A stretch of DNA of 64,000 bases from Desulfurococcaceae archaeon (lineage in GTDB: Archaea; Thermoproteota; Thermoprotei_A; Sulfolobales; Desulfurococcaceae): positions 90,497 through 154,496 of the forward strand of contig JAWBBW010000002.1 of assembly GCA_038824035.1 (NCBI GenBank). Reading direction: 5' to 3'. Within the stretch, counting starts at the first letter, position 1, and each line of letters starts with the position of its first letter. Below the pieces are notes generated by a model. It saw nothing but the letters and a program-made list of their open reading frames with translations, did not search any database and was not told the DNA's origin. The translations under genes were made by a program, and so were the position numbers. This document shows positions 9,389 through 18,637 of the stretch, in pieces.

Positions 9389-10573
9389 ATGGCCACTAAA
9401 AAGGCATTAACAGGCAATCATGCCGTGGCATATGGAGTTAAACTGGCTAAGCCAGACATCATAGCCGCTTACCCCATAACCCCCCAGACAAGTATAGTGG
9501 AAAAGTTATCAGAGATGATCGAATCGGGCGAACTCAGCGCCATTATGATCAGAGTCGAGTCAGAACATTCGGCTCTTGCTGCTTGCTTTGGCGCTGCTAT
9601 AAGTGGAGCAAGAGTCTTCACAGCTACGAGTAGCCAGGGACTGTTATATATGCATGAAATGGTGCACTGGGTTTCTAGGGTACGTATACCAGTTGTCATG
9701 GCCGTGGTATCTCGTACCATAAATGCTCCGTGGAATATATGGCCAGATCATACCGATTTCATGGACCAACGAGATGCTGGATGGATCATGTCATATGCTA
9801 TGGACAATCAAGAGGTATTGGACCTCACCATTCAGGCATTTAAGATAAGTGAACACCCCGAAGTTTTCCTACCGGTAATGGTAGGGTTGGAGGGCTTTAT
9901 ACTAAGTCATACAGCAATGCCGGTGGAAATACCTGATGAAAAAGTTGTCGAAGAATGGCTGGGACACAGGAAACAACCATATATAATAGATGGATCATAT
10001 CAAGTAGGTCTCGGAGGTCTTACACCCCCCGAAGACACCGAGGATATTTTCTATGATATTCAGAGGGCCATGGAAAACTCGAAAAAAATCATAAAGGAGG
10101 TTGACGAGGAATATGGAAAATTATTTGGGAGGAGCTATGGTGGTCTAGTACAGTGTTTTCAATGCACGGATTCAAAGTATTTCACCATATCCATGGGATC
10201 ATGGACTGGTGATCTAATAGAGGCCGTGATGCGGTTGAGAGAGGAAGGTTACAAAGTTGGTGTCATCCGAATAAGATTTTACAGACCTTTTCCCAAGGAA
10301 GATTTATGGGAAATTACTAAAAATGCCCGTGGAATCCTGGTATTCGATAGATCGATTAGTTTTGGTGCGTGGGGACAGATATTCACTGATATGGTGACCA
10401 GTCTAGTTGAATACACGAGAAAACTACCCTATATGAGCAATATCATTGCTGGTATAGCTGGTGTTAATGTGACGAGTCAGGATTTTTACAAGATAGTAAA
10501 AGATTTCATAGAGAAAGTTGAACGAGGAGAAACACCAGAATTTTTTAAATGGGTTAGAATTAGGAAGGGTTGA
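9389..10573 (+). CDS. porA: 2-oxoacid:ferredoxin oxidoreductase alpha subunit
   Basis: YPITPQT, ESEHSA and TATSSQGL motifs; ATG 9389 after GGTGA. Substrate (POR versus VOR) not determinable. Confidence 0.92.
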   Translation: MATKKALTGNHAVAYGVKLAKPDIIAAYPITPQTSIVEKLSEMIESGELSAIMIRVESEHSALAACFGAAISGARVFTATSSQGLLYMHEMVHWVSRVRIPVVMAVVSRTINAPWNIWPDHTDFMDQRDAGWIMSYAMDNQEVLDLTIQAFKISEHPEVFLPVMVGLEGFILSHTAMPVEIPDEKVVEEWLGHRKQPYIIDGSYQVGLGGLTPPEDTEDIFYDIQRAMENSKKIIKEVDEEYGKLFGRSYGGLVQCFQCTDSKYFTISMGSWTGDLIEAVMRLREEGYKVGVIRIRFYRPFPKEDLWEITKNARGILVFDRSISFGAWGQIFTDMVTSLVEYTRKLPYMSNIIAGIAGVNVTSQDFYKIVKDFIEKVERGETPEFFKWVRIRKG

Positions 10574-11481
10574 GAAAAATGGGCCCGGTAGCACAGCCAA
10601 GATTACCCTGTAAAGCGCGTGGAATAGTGCTTCCAGGTGATTCTGCTTGCCCGGGATGTCCAATACCAATTGCATGGAAAGTCTTATCAGCGGTGTTCGA
10701 GGAGAAAATGATACTAGTCATACCAGCGTGTTGCTCCTCTGTCATAATAGGGATGTATCCCGGCCAATCGTTGAAAGCCAGCGTAGTACATGTACCATTC
10801 GCATCAGCAGCTGCTGTAGCTTCTGGTATCGTGGAATCTCTTAAGAGGAGGAACATCAATGATATACAGGTTATAGTGTGGGCCGGTGACGGCGGCACAG
10901 CTGATATAGGTTTAGCCACATTGAGTGGTGCAATCGAGCGAAATCATGACATGATATATATAATGTACGACAATGAGGCGTATATGAACACTGGCATACA
11001 GCGGAGTTCGTCCACGCCAAAAGGAGCATGGACAACAACAACTCCATTAATTGGTAAAACTGAGCAGAAAAAAGATGTCGCTAAAATAGTGATCGCACAT
11101 AACACGCCCTATGTAGCGACAGCAAGCATTGGTTATCCTCACGATTTCTATAACAAGTTAATAAGGGCTCGTAATATCGAGGGTTTTAAATTTATACAGC
11201 TTCACGCGCCTTGTCCGGTAGGGTGGAGATTTGATCCCAGATATACCGTTAAAGTAGCACAACTTGCCGTGGAAACAGGACTCTGGATTTTATACGAATA
11301 TATGCATGGCAAAATAACACTATCTGGCCCAAGCAAACCATACATTGATGAAACGAGGAGAAAACCAATCGAATTGTATTTAAAAATCCAAGGAAGATTT
11401 AGGAGCATTGAGCCATCACTTATTAAGGAGATAAAGGAATATGTCGATTCAAATTGGGAGTGGATCAAGAAATACATGTAA
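10570..11481 (+). CDS. porB: 2-oxoacid:ferredoxin oxidoreductase beta subunit (TPP-binding)
   Basis: ACPGC, GDGGTADIG, DNEAYMNTGIQRS and PCPVGW motifs. Confidence 0.92.
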   Translation: MRKMGPVAQPRLPCKARGIVLPGDSACPGCPIPIAWKVLSAVFEEKMILVIPACCSSVIIGMYPGQSLKASVVHVPFASAAAVASGIVESLKRRNINDIQVIVWAGDGGTADIGLATLSGAIERNHDMIYIMYDNEAYMNTGIQRSSSTPKGAWTTTTPLIGKTEQKKDVAKIVIAHNTPYVATASIGYPHDFYNKLIRARNIEGFKFIQLHAPCPVGWRFDPRYTVKVAQLAVETGLWILYEYMHGKITLSGPSKPYIDETRRKPIELYLKIQGRFRSIEPSLIKEIKEYVDSNWEWIKKYM

Positions 11482-11486
11482 AGCGA

Positions 11487-11669
11487 TCATATGATCGGGG
11501 GAAATAGCTTCGACAATATTATAATAGTTGCTACCAATATTATCGTGATTAGTATCAACACGTGGGGCTGTAATTTTATGCCGACATCTACTTCTTCATA
11601 AAATCTTACAAGTCCAGCTGCTGATAATATAGAAGGTGTTGTTCGTTTCTTCTTACCCTTTTTACTCAT
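11487..11669 (-). CDS. secG: preprotein translocase subunit Sec61beta
   Basis: SAAGLVRFYEE..GIKLQP followed by a single C-terminal TM. Confidence 0.9.
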   Translation of the reverse strand: MSKKGKKKRTTPSILSAAGLVRFYEEVDVGIKLQPHVLILITIILVATIIILSKLFPPII

Positions 11670-11775
11670 GATACATCACGCATCAGTTTAATGTTAATGC
11701 TTGGTATCATTTATGATTAAAAGAGTAATTACCTTTATATAGTTATTCATAAACTAAGCAGTAACAGGTGTAAGA

Positions 11776-12030
11776 ATGAACATAAAAGAAGCGCAGTCCT
11801 TAATAAAGTCACAGTATTTTGAAAGAGATCGAAACAGGGGACTGTACGCTACTTTTACATGGTTTGTAGAAGAAGTGGGCGAGTTAGCTAATGCCTTGCT
11901 GGGTATGCAAAGGGGTTCTCTCGAAGAAGAATTTGCCGATGTATTTGCGTGGCTCTTAAGCTTAGCAAACCTTGTAAACATAGACCTCGAAAATGCATTT
12001 AAGAAAAAATATGTTAACGGCAATGTTTAA
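11776..12030 (+). CDS. MazG-like nucleotide pyrophosphohydrolase
   Basis: WFVEEVGELA and EEEFADVFAWL motifs. Confidence 0.88.
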   Translation: MNIKEAQSLIKSQYFERDRNRGLYATFTWFVEEVGELANALLGMQRGSLEEEFADVFAWLLSLANLVNIDLENAFKKKYVNGNV

Positions 12031-12754
12031 TCGAGCCTATGATCTTCTTTGCCAATTCAGGGTCTTTTTCGACAATAGTACCGGTCACTATGATGTCTGC
12101 ACCAGTTTTCGCGAGGTTGCAGGCAATCTCGGGGGATCTAATGCCACCCCCCACAATAGTTATGAGTGATGTATGTTTCTTGACAATGGCTGGGAACTCT
12201 GATGGTACTGGGATCTCGGCACCGCTTCCAGCTTCAATGTATATATACCTGAGTCCCATCATCTCGGAAGCCAACGCGTACAATGCTATTAACTCGGGTT
12301 TATTGCGAGGAATAGGATATACCCTACCTATATGAGATACCGCGCTATCTTGGTTTATAACGACATAGGCTGTTGGCAATGGCTCGAGTTTATACTTTAA
12401 GATGATCGGCGCTGCTAGTATCTGTATTTGTGAGAGGTAATAAGGTTCAAGAGTGTTCATTAGAACCATGAATAAAACGGCGTCAGCATGTGGTGTTAAG
12501 CAATTAATGTTTCCAGGAAATATTATGACTGGTAATCCATGTTTTCTAAGCACCTTAGCAACAACGCCGGCCTCTTCTGGTGTTATCCCAGTACTACCTC
12601 CTACGAGAAAGGCATCTGTGCCCGATTCAACCATTTTCAGCGAGATTTCCTCGAGCATTGATATCTCTTGGACCCTATCTGGATCTATCAGGGTGAAGTG
12701 TAATTTGCCTTCTTCGTTAATCTTGTTAACGATGTAATCATGTACCTTTCCCAC
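12014..12754 (-). CDS. geranylgeranylglyceryl phosphate synthase
   Basis: HFTLIDPD, VGGSTG, FPG, YIEAGSGA and VGGGIRS motifs. Confidence 0.93.
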   Translation of the reverse strand: MGKVHDYIVNKINEEGKLHFTLIDPDRVQEISMLEEISLKMVESGTDAFLVGGSTGITPEEAGVVAKVLRKHGLPVIIFPGNINCLTPHADAVLFMVLMNTLEPYYLSQIQILAAPIILKYKLEPLPTAYVVINQDSAVSHIGRVYPIPRNKPELIALYALASEMMGLRYIYIEAGSGAEIPVPSEFPAIVKKHTSLITIVGGGIRSPEIACNLAKTGADIIVTGTIVEKDPELAKKIIGSIKHCR

Positions 12755-12767
12755 TCATTTCACCTTT

Positions 12768-13070
12768 TCAGCCTTCTCCTTCACCAGTAGTGGGTTTCAA
12801 AAACTTTATCTTTGCTTCACCTTTCTCAAAGAGATCTATGAACTTGGCGTAGATGTCAACTGCTTGATAAACAGAGGGGATATTTAAGAAATCCTCGTTA
12901 TCGTATAACCCGCAATTACCACAAGAAACTATGGCTGAGCTAGTATTATCTCCATGTCTCTTTATGAGTATTGATAAAGACAGTGCTGTGCAATTGGGGC
13001 ATTGAAATATCCTAGGTATCTTCACAGTTCTTTTCAAAACAACCCTTCTCTTCTTTCTTCTACGACCCAT
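12768..13070 (-). CDS. elf1: transcription elongation factor Elf1-like zinc ribbon
   Basis: MGRRRKKRR, FQCPNC, CGNCG and VDIYAKFID motifs. Confidence 0.85.
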   Translation of the reverse strand: MGRRRKKRRVVLKRTVKIPRIFQCPNCTALSLSILIKRHGDNTSSAIVSCGNCGLYDNEDFLNIPSVYQAVDIYAKFIDLFEKGEAKIKFLKPTTGEGEG

Positions 13071-13141
13071 CGTTCCTCCCGTGATCACGAGGTGCTCTAT
13101 AGTGAATTATCTTATTTTAATTATATAAAACCAAAAACACA

Positions 13142-13531
13142 TTACGATATGTACATTTTCCTTCTCAATGTGGTTGAGAAGCCACTTTTCATTATCTCAT
13201 CAATTATTTTCATGAGGTCCTCTATCTTCATTTCAATAACTCTAAATTTTTTCATTCTAATAGCCATCTCTACGCCCATTAAATGCTTACAAAAATGCGT
13301 TTGCTTTAAAGCGATAACTCTTATTATAAAATCCTTGCAACTACAAAATGTACGAGGTATGATTAAATAATCACTTCGAGGACCCATATACACCCAGTAC
13401 TCCTTATTACCATGGCCAATGATTATCTTAACAAATCTAAACCCGTAAACACTATTCACCATTTTAATATAAGGCTTACTCAATTGTAAATCTAGCTCTT
13501 TTCTTGTTTCCAACAAATCCATTAAAACCAC
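13142..13531 (-). CDS. SWIM zinc-finger protein
   Basis: FCSCKDF...CKHL SWIM signature; directly downstream of the tRNA. Confidence 0.8.
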   Translation of the reverse strand: MVLMDLLETRKELDLQLSKPYIKMVNSVYGFRFVKIIIGHGNKEYWVYMGPRSDYLIIPRTFCSCKDFIIRVIALKQTHFCKHLMGVEMAIRMKKFRVIEMKIEDLMKIIDEIMKSGFSTTLRRKMYIS

Positions 13532-13544
13532 ACTTAAGAAGATA

Positions 13545-13633
13545 TGGGCCCGCGGGGATTTGAACCCCGGACCACGGGGAGTTCCGCACTGGGACCCGAA
13601 CCCCGCATCCTAGCCAGGCTAGACCACGGGCCC
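13545..13633 (-). tRNA. tRNA-Pro(CGG) with 14-nt canonical (37/38) intron at 13581-13594
   Basis: Minus strand GGGCCCG-TG-GTCTAGCCTGGCTAGGAT-G-CGGGG-TTCGGG-[TCCCAGTGCGGAAC]-T-CCCCG-TGGTC-CGGGGTTCAAATCCCCG-CGGGCCC-A; TTCG(32-35) pairs with intron CGGA to form the splicing helix; CCA not encoded. Confidence 0.93.
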
Positions 13634-13644
13634 TTAGCTTAAAT

Positions 13645-14136
13645 CTATGTTTTACGAGGACTTTTATCCTTAACTTCGACGTGTTCGCTATCCTGTTCTT
13701 GATCAAGTGTTTTCAAAATACCAATTAACATTTTACTCGCAGAGATGAGATCTACCTTGAGTTTGTCTATTTCGTCTTTATTATAACATTTCCTGGTTGC
13801 ACTTTCAGGCAATATCTTTACACCCGCGTAGTTGACTACCTTAACCCATATTAACTTGTAAATAATTTTATGCGCACTCGGTCTCGCATATATATTTACC
13901 CCGTTACGTTGTATTATAGAAGGTGTCTTTATTGAATTAACAGTTCTTGATGTTTCAACCCAGAGCTCTACACATATTTCTCTCCATATCGGAGTAGACG
14001 AGGCGATGATATTTAACAGTTTTTGGACCCGTGAGTCATCATTTATTTTCGCCTTCAATAATAGTCTCACAACATTTGGTGTAATTAAAATCGGTGAAAA
14101 CTCGTTGTTCTTGAGTATCTTACCTATCCTAGTCAT
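13645..14136 (-). CDS. hypothetical protein
   Basis: 163-codon ORF; frame is open 35 further codons upstream without a canonical start. Confidence 0.55.
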   Translation of the reverse strand: MTRIGKILKNNEFSPILITPNVVRLLLKAKINDDSRVQKLLNIIASSTPIWREICVELWVETSRTVNSIKTPSIIQRNGVNIYARPSAHKIIYKLIWVKVVNYAGVKILPESATRKCYNKDEIDKLKVDLISASKMLIGILKTLDQEQDSEHVEVKDKSPRKT

Positions 14137-14471
14137 CGCCCCTGTATTGCATAATATATCAATCCGAATATTGAGCGCTACGATGATTTCACCCCAAATA
14201 GCATTTGATATGGCCTTATCCCACTCGTTCTCACTACCTATTTATCAATAATTATCCTTGGTAATTACTATTTTCCATGAAAGCATACAAATAGTGAAGT
14301 TAAAACACGGTGACATGTTATTTCACTTGATACATCCATTTACGTTTATTTGTCATAGCTATTAAGTACTCTGAATAATACAAGGTGTTCTTGTCAATAA
14401 CTTTTACAATTTTGTGATAAATAGATATAAGGGTATTAGGTATACAATATATGGGATCATTTCCTCTGTAG

Positions 14472-14532
14472 GCTCAGTTGGGGATAATTTCTTCATTGTG
14501 ATCTACCACTCTGTCTCCCATCGTTCTTCATT
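14472..14532 (-). ncRNA. box C/D guide sRNA (second of tandem pair; targets not assigned)
   Basis: Minus strand: ATGAAGA(C)-ACGATGGGAGA-CAGA(D')-13 nt-ATGAAGA(C')-AATTATCCCCAA-CTGA(D). Confidence 0.65.
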
Positions 14533-14557
14533 GCTATAATAGCAGTTGACCTAAAAT

Positions 14558-14610
14558 GATCAGAAACACGGACCCTCTTCACTAGATCTGATAAGTGGCG
14601 ATTCATCATC
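14558..14610 (-). ncRNA. box C/D guide sRNA (D guide predicted on 23S GAAACACGG)
   Basis: Minus strand: ATGATGA(C)-ATCGCCACTTAT-CAGA(D')-tcta-GTGAAGA(C')-GGGTCCGTGTTT-CTGA(D); 12-nt guides; TTTAAG about 27 nt upstream. Confidence 0.85.
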
Positions 14611-14715
14611 TACTGATAACTAAACATAAAGGTCCTTAAATACATTGTGGCTGATAATCCTTTTTTAATCCTAAGTTCACATATACTTCCCTCAGCCTTA
14701 AAATGGTGGTGTTCT

Positions 14716-15435
14716 TTGACACAGGTTTGGAGCAAGAAGAAAATGATAGTAATACAGACGCTTTCCATAATATTTTTCGCACTTATTTCAGCAGTTATAC
14801 CCCAATATGCATTCCTCATTTTCATACTATATTTTATTATATTCATGGGATTAATGATGAGAACTGCTAGTAAAAGTTTTAAAAAAGTATCACAAGAGAA
14901 ACTTGGTTCTCCTCTTTTTAAAGAGGATAATGCCCTGAAAGCCACAACATATGATCCAATGCTTGCATCCGAGTTAAAGAGACAAATGAGCTTCGCTTTC
15001 ATGAGCTTTATCCCGTTGTTATTGATATTTGTTTTATTGCCAGTATATGGGGAATACATTGCTCCCTATCTGAAAGATCTTATCTCAAGTCTTACATCCA
15101 ATGAAGTTATCCAAAACTTCGTAAGCATTCTCGGCATGTATTTGTTCTTCATGGCTATAACACAAATCTTTAGATTCCTATTATTTAGAAAACCTGGTCA
15201 ACAGCAATTCATGATGCCCCGATCTTTTATCGTATATAAAAAAGGCGTTGTCATCGATAGTCAGCGCTTATTAGAATTCACAAGCAACTTATGTTTCAAA
15301 GATAACCCCGATAGAAAGTACGTTGAACTGAAAGATATGAATAGTGGGATCAATGTAAGACTTTATACTCTTGAAGTGAGCAAACTCGTTAGTAGATTGA
15401 AAGAGGTGGGCTTAAATGAGTGCAAAACTGGGTGA
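14716..15435 (+). CDS. DUF2208-like membrane protein
   Basis: Four TM segments plus soluble C-terminus (F.VY.KG..ID, R.YVEL, RLYT); TTG 14716 after GGTGGTG RBS. Confidence 0.65.
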   Translation: MTQVWSKKKMIVIQTLSIIFFALISAVIPQYAFLIFILYFIIFMGLMMRTASKSFKKVSQEKLGSPLFKEDNALKATTYDPMLASELKRQMSFAFMSFIPLLLIFVLLPVYGEYIAPYLKDLISSLTSNEVIQNFVSILGMYLFFMAITQIFRFLLFRKPGQQQFMMPRSFIVYKKGVVIDSQRLLEFTSNLCFKDNPDRKYVELKDMNSGINVRLYTLEVSKLVSRLKEVGLNECKTG

Positions 15436-15667
15436 AACACATAGGTGCATTGTATGTGGCAGGAATTTCCCAGAGGGACAGGGTATTGTACTGAAGATCG
15501 CCGAGATCTCGCTTGAATTTCATAGTTCTAGGTGTTTTTCAAAATTCGCAAAGAACCTGTTTGAGAGAGTGCCACCAGATGATATAAAGGATTATTTGAA
15601 AAGACTAATAGAAGAGTATAATGAATTGTTGGAGCAAAGGAAGAAGGCTAAGGCGAAGAAAATATAA
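15416..15667 (+). CDS. small TRASH/L24e-like metal-binding protein
   Basis: CIVCGRNFPEGQGI...FHSSRC. Confidence 0.7.
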   Translation: MSAKLGETHRCIVCGRNFPEGQGIVLKIAEISLEFHSSRCFSKFAKNLFERVPPDDIKDYLKRLIEEYNELLEQRKKAKAKKI

Positions 15668-15722
15668 TTTTTAATTACACTTTTTGATTATTATTTATTA
15701 TTGGATTGATTAAATATTGATT

Positions 15723-15780
15723 GATGATGATACTTGTCCCCCCTCGACCACGTGGATGAGCTAGTTACCGCGGTCTGATC
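15723..15780 (+). ncRNA. box C/D guide sRNA (predicted 16S h18 targets)
   Basis: ATGATGA(C)-TACTTGTCCCCCC-TCGA(D')-...-GGATGA(C')-GCTAGTTACCGCGGT-CTGA(D); guides pair with 16S GGGGGGCAAGU and GCCGCGGUAAU. Confidence 0.85.
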
Positions 15781-15858
15781 ATCTTAGCTTGACTTGTCTA
15801 AAGAAATATAGAATACAAAAGAAATATTCGGCAGAAAATAAAACAAGGAGGAAGGAAA

Positions 15859-16080
15859 CTAGCATCGAGCGCGTTTTTCTATTAGTTTCCTGAGATGTTC
15901 TAAAGATTCGTCGTCGAGTCCTATATTGCTAAGTATTGTTAGAGCCTTATCCATAGCTTCTTCCTCACTAGAGGCGCCGATATTTAATACGATATTTGTA
16001 CCCTTAACACATATCTTGAATCTTAATTCATTGAAAAAGGCATATTTATCTATTACAACGAGATCTTTCTTTGAGACCAT
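15859..16080 (-). CDS. hypothetical protein
   Basis: 73-codon ORF downstream of the HIT gene; typical composition. Confidence 0.65.
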   Translation of the reverse strand: MVSKKDLVVIDKYAFFNELRFKICVKGTNIVLNIGASSEEEAMDKALTILSNIGLDDESLEHLRKLIEKRARC

Positions 16081-16086
16081 GGTTTC

Positions 16087-16584
16087 TCACATCCTTGACC
16101 ATGCTTTAACAATCGCGTTATATGAGTCCTTAAGACTTTCAGGCAAAGGCTTGACACCAGCTATTATGGCCATGAAGTTGGTATCGCCAATCCATCGTGG
16201 TACAATATGCAGGTGTATATGTCCAGGGACGCCGGCCCCCGCAGCTCTTCCTATATTTAATCCAATATTAAATCCGCTCGGTTTATAGACCTCTTTCAAC
16301 ACTTTAATTGATTTCTTTGTCAAAAACATGATCTCGTGGATCTCTTCTTCGGAAAGGTTTTCAAAATCCGATGTATGTCTATATGGAGCTATCATCATGT
16401 GCCCTGAATTATATGGATAAGCATTTAAAACTACAAATGAATATTTACCTCTATGTACGATCAGAGCTTCTTCATCTTTTAAATCCTTTAATCTACAGAA
16501 AATACACTCCTCCTCTGTTTTCCTCTCATTAAAACTCTTTATATACTCAATTCTCCAAGGATTCCACAGTATTTTTATCTCCAC
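16087..16584 (-). CDS. HIT family hydrolase
   Basis: LWNPWR.EY, CIFC, NAYPYNSGH and HIHLHIVPRW histidine triad. Confidence 0.92.
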   Translation of the reverse strand: MEIKILWNPWRIEYIKSFNERKTEEECIFCRLKDLKDEEALIVHRGKYSFVVLNAYPYNSGHMMIAPYRHTSDFENLSEEEIHEIMFLTKKSIKVLKEVYKPSGFNIGLNIGRAAGAGVPGHIHLHIVPRWIGDTNFMAIIAGVKPLPESLKDSYNAIVKAWSRM

Positions 16585-16684
16585 GAATAACCACCAATCA
16601 GCTTTTACAGTTTTAATGTCTCTAACAGAATAAATAAATAGCTCTGGATAACATTATAATTTAGCATTAAAGCCTAGATCTTTT

Positions 16685-17518
16685 ATGGCGATCTATATGA
16701 TCGTGATATCCGCGAGACATATGTATGTAATTAATTTAATACGTGTCTTATATTCTCTGTTCTTCCTAATAATATTTTCCATTCAAGATTATAAATGGCG
16801 TGAAATAAATGATAAATTAGTATACGTATTCACAGCAGGATCAGTTGTTTTCTTCATAGTAACTTTGAACTACTTGATTGAATTACTTGATCCACAAGTA
16901 ATGCTACTATATATATGTTTCACCATCATGATCTCCCCACTATTGACAGGCATTATGTACATATCCGGGTTAATGGGAAAGGGAGATGTATATGTTACAA
17001 CATCAATTGGCTTGTTGTACACATTTCCATTTACAATTGTGAAACCCTTTAATCATGGTTTTGACATAATGCCTCCATTGCTCACCATAATGATATATTC
17101 CACTACATTAATCGTGATTTTCTCCATAGTGAATTGCTTATATAACTGTATAAGGAATGTTGAACATCTAAAGAAAATACCCTTAAAATATAGGATAATT
17201 TATATGTTCATAGCAAAGCCTATACGTATAAGGGATTACATTAGGAGAAAATACTATTTTCCCCTCGAGATCATTGATATCAGAAATGGTATTCTCAACG
17301 TTTCCTGGAGAATAAACGTAAACGTGGAAAAAGAAGACCTAGACGTCGTTGTCAATAAGTATAAGGAACTATGTGACCGGCAAATCATTGATCCAGATAC
17401 ATATATATGGGCATCCTATGGAATACCGTTTATTATCCCATTAACTGTAGGCCTAATTATTTACATATTAATAGGTGATGCCATCATTTTTAACATTATT
17501 AACTTGAATCGCCTGTAA
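16685..17518 (+). CDS. A24 prepilin/prearchaellin peptidase (PibD/FlaK-like)
   Basis: SIQDYKWREI (first Asp), MGKGD (GxGD second Asp), C-terminal IWASYGIPFI..L..G. Confidence 0.85.
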   Translation: MAIYMIVISARHMYVINLIRVLYSLFFLIIFSIQDYKWREINDKLVYVFTAGSVVFFIVTLNYLIELLDPQVMLLYICFTIMISPLLTGIMYISGLMGKGDVYVTTSIGLLYTFPFTIVKPFNHGFDIMPPLLTIMIYSTTLIVIFSIVNCLYNCIRNVEHLKKIPLKYRIIYMFIAKPIRIRDYIRRKYYFPLEIIDIRNGILNVSWRINVNVEKEDLDVVVNKYKELCDRQIIDPDTYIWASYGIPFIIPLTVGLIIYILIGDAIIFNIINLNRL

Positions 17519-17543
17519 TCATTTCCATTAAAACCGTGATCTT

Positions 17544-18530
17544 CTATTCTTCGGAATCCCTTATCCCTTCTTCTGTGATTACGAAGACAGCTTCACCTTC
17601 AGGTAAATGTGGCGCATCCACTACTCTTGCTATTCTTTTATTGCCTTTAGCCTTTTTCAGCTGTATTCTCACGCCTGGTACATGTGCAAGAACATGTCCC
17701 CCTACAGCCATAGTGGGATCGCCGTAGAAGACGTCGGGCCGTGCCATAACTTGGTTTGTCACCACCACTGCTATGTTATAAGCCTCTGCTAATCGCATTA
17801 ATTGATGGAGATGTGCGTTTAGTTTTTGTTGTCTTTCAGCTAAATGCTCTCTACCTGGATATTCGGCTCTGAAATGACTGGTTACACTATCTATTACCAC
17901 GAGCCTCACGTCATTTCTAGGCACAAATGTAAATAACTCATCTACTATTGATATTTGGTGATCGCTATTATACGCCCTCATGTAGTATATGTTGTCCATG
18001 ATTTTATCAGGATCTAGTCCAAGGGCGCGTGCCATCGCCTCTATTCTCTCCCATCTAAATGTTCCCTCCGTATCTATGTACACAGCCCTGCCCATTAAAC
18101 CGCCTTTTTCCAGTGGCAATTGAACGTTGACACTTAATTGATGACAGATCTGTGTTTTGCCACTACCATATTCGCCGTAAAACTCTGTAATAGTCTTGGT
18201 TTCTATACCTCCTCCTAATAGCTCGTCAAGACTTCTACTCCCAGTAGTGATCTTCCTTATATTCATACGCTCGATTTTCACTTCTTTCGCGGTCTTGAAA
18301 CGTATACCCAATAATCTCCTAGCATTTTCTATTATTTTTTGAATGGTTAAGGTTGGCAAACCAACTTTTTCTGCTAATTCTTCGGGCCTGGCTACCACAA
18401 TGCTCCATGCAGATATATATCCAGCTGCTTCCAGTTTATCGGCTATAGCTGGGTTTATACCTGGAATGTCTCTTATCGAAATAAATCCTTGTTCGCTTTT
18501 CTCTGCCTTATCCTTATCCTTGCTCATCAA
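17544..18530 (-). CDS. radA: DNA repair and recombination protein RadA
   Basis: GEYGSGKTQ Walker [23 protein letters not shown]; no intein. Confidence 0.97.
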   Translation of the reverse strand: MMSKDKDKAEKSEQGFISIRDIPGINPAIADKLEAAGYISAWSIVVARPEELAEKVGLPTLTIQKIIENARRLLGIRFKTAKEVKIERMNIRKITTGSRSLDELLGGGIETKTITEFYGEYGSGKTQICHQLSVNVQLPLEKGGLMGRAVYIDTEGTFRWERIEAMARALGLDPDKIMDNIYYMRAYNSDHQISIVDELFTFVPRNDVRLVVIDSVTSHFRAEYPGREHLAERQQKLNAHLHQLMRLAEAYNIAVVVTNQVMARPDVFYGDPTMAVGGHVLAHVPGVRIQLKKAKGNKRIARVVDAPHLPEGEAVFVITEEGIRDSEE

Positions 18531-18637
18531 TCTCCTCCCTGGTTTTGTAGTAGGATTTTATTTAAAGCGTCTAATATATTTATGTACCGGTAATGGTTTA
18601 TAATATCACTTATACTCAATCATTAGAGGCGTAGAAA

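Noticed and set aside
13545-13633. tRNA as integration site of a mobile element
   Set aside because: No integrase, no duplicated tRNA fragment noticed, and flanking genes are housekeeping or hypothetical
13476-13706. 76-aa ORF in the track
   Set aside because: Runs through the tRNA-Pro gene; spurious
14240-14465. AT-rich intergenic stretch as replication origin
   Set aside because: No ORB-like repeats recognised and no cdc6/orc1 or whiP gene nearby
14472-14610. Tandem C/D units as a TIGR-like guide array or CRISPR-like repeat
   Set aside because: Only two units of unequal length, one guide matches rRNA, and no adjacent Nop-domain, Tas or Cas gene; ordinary sRNAs explain it
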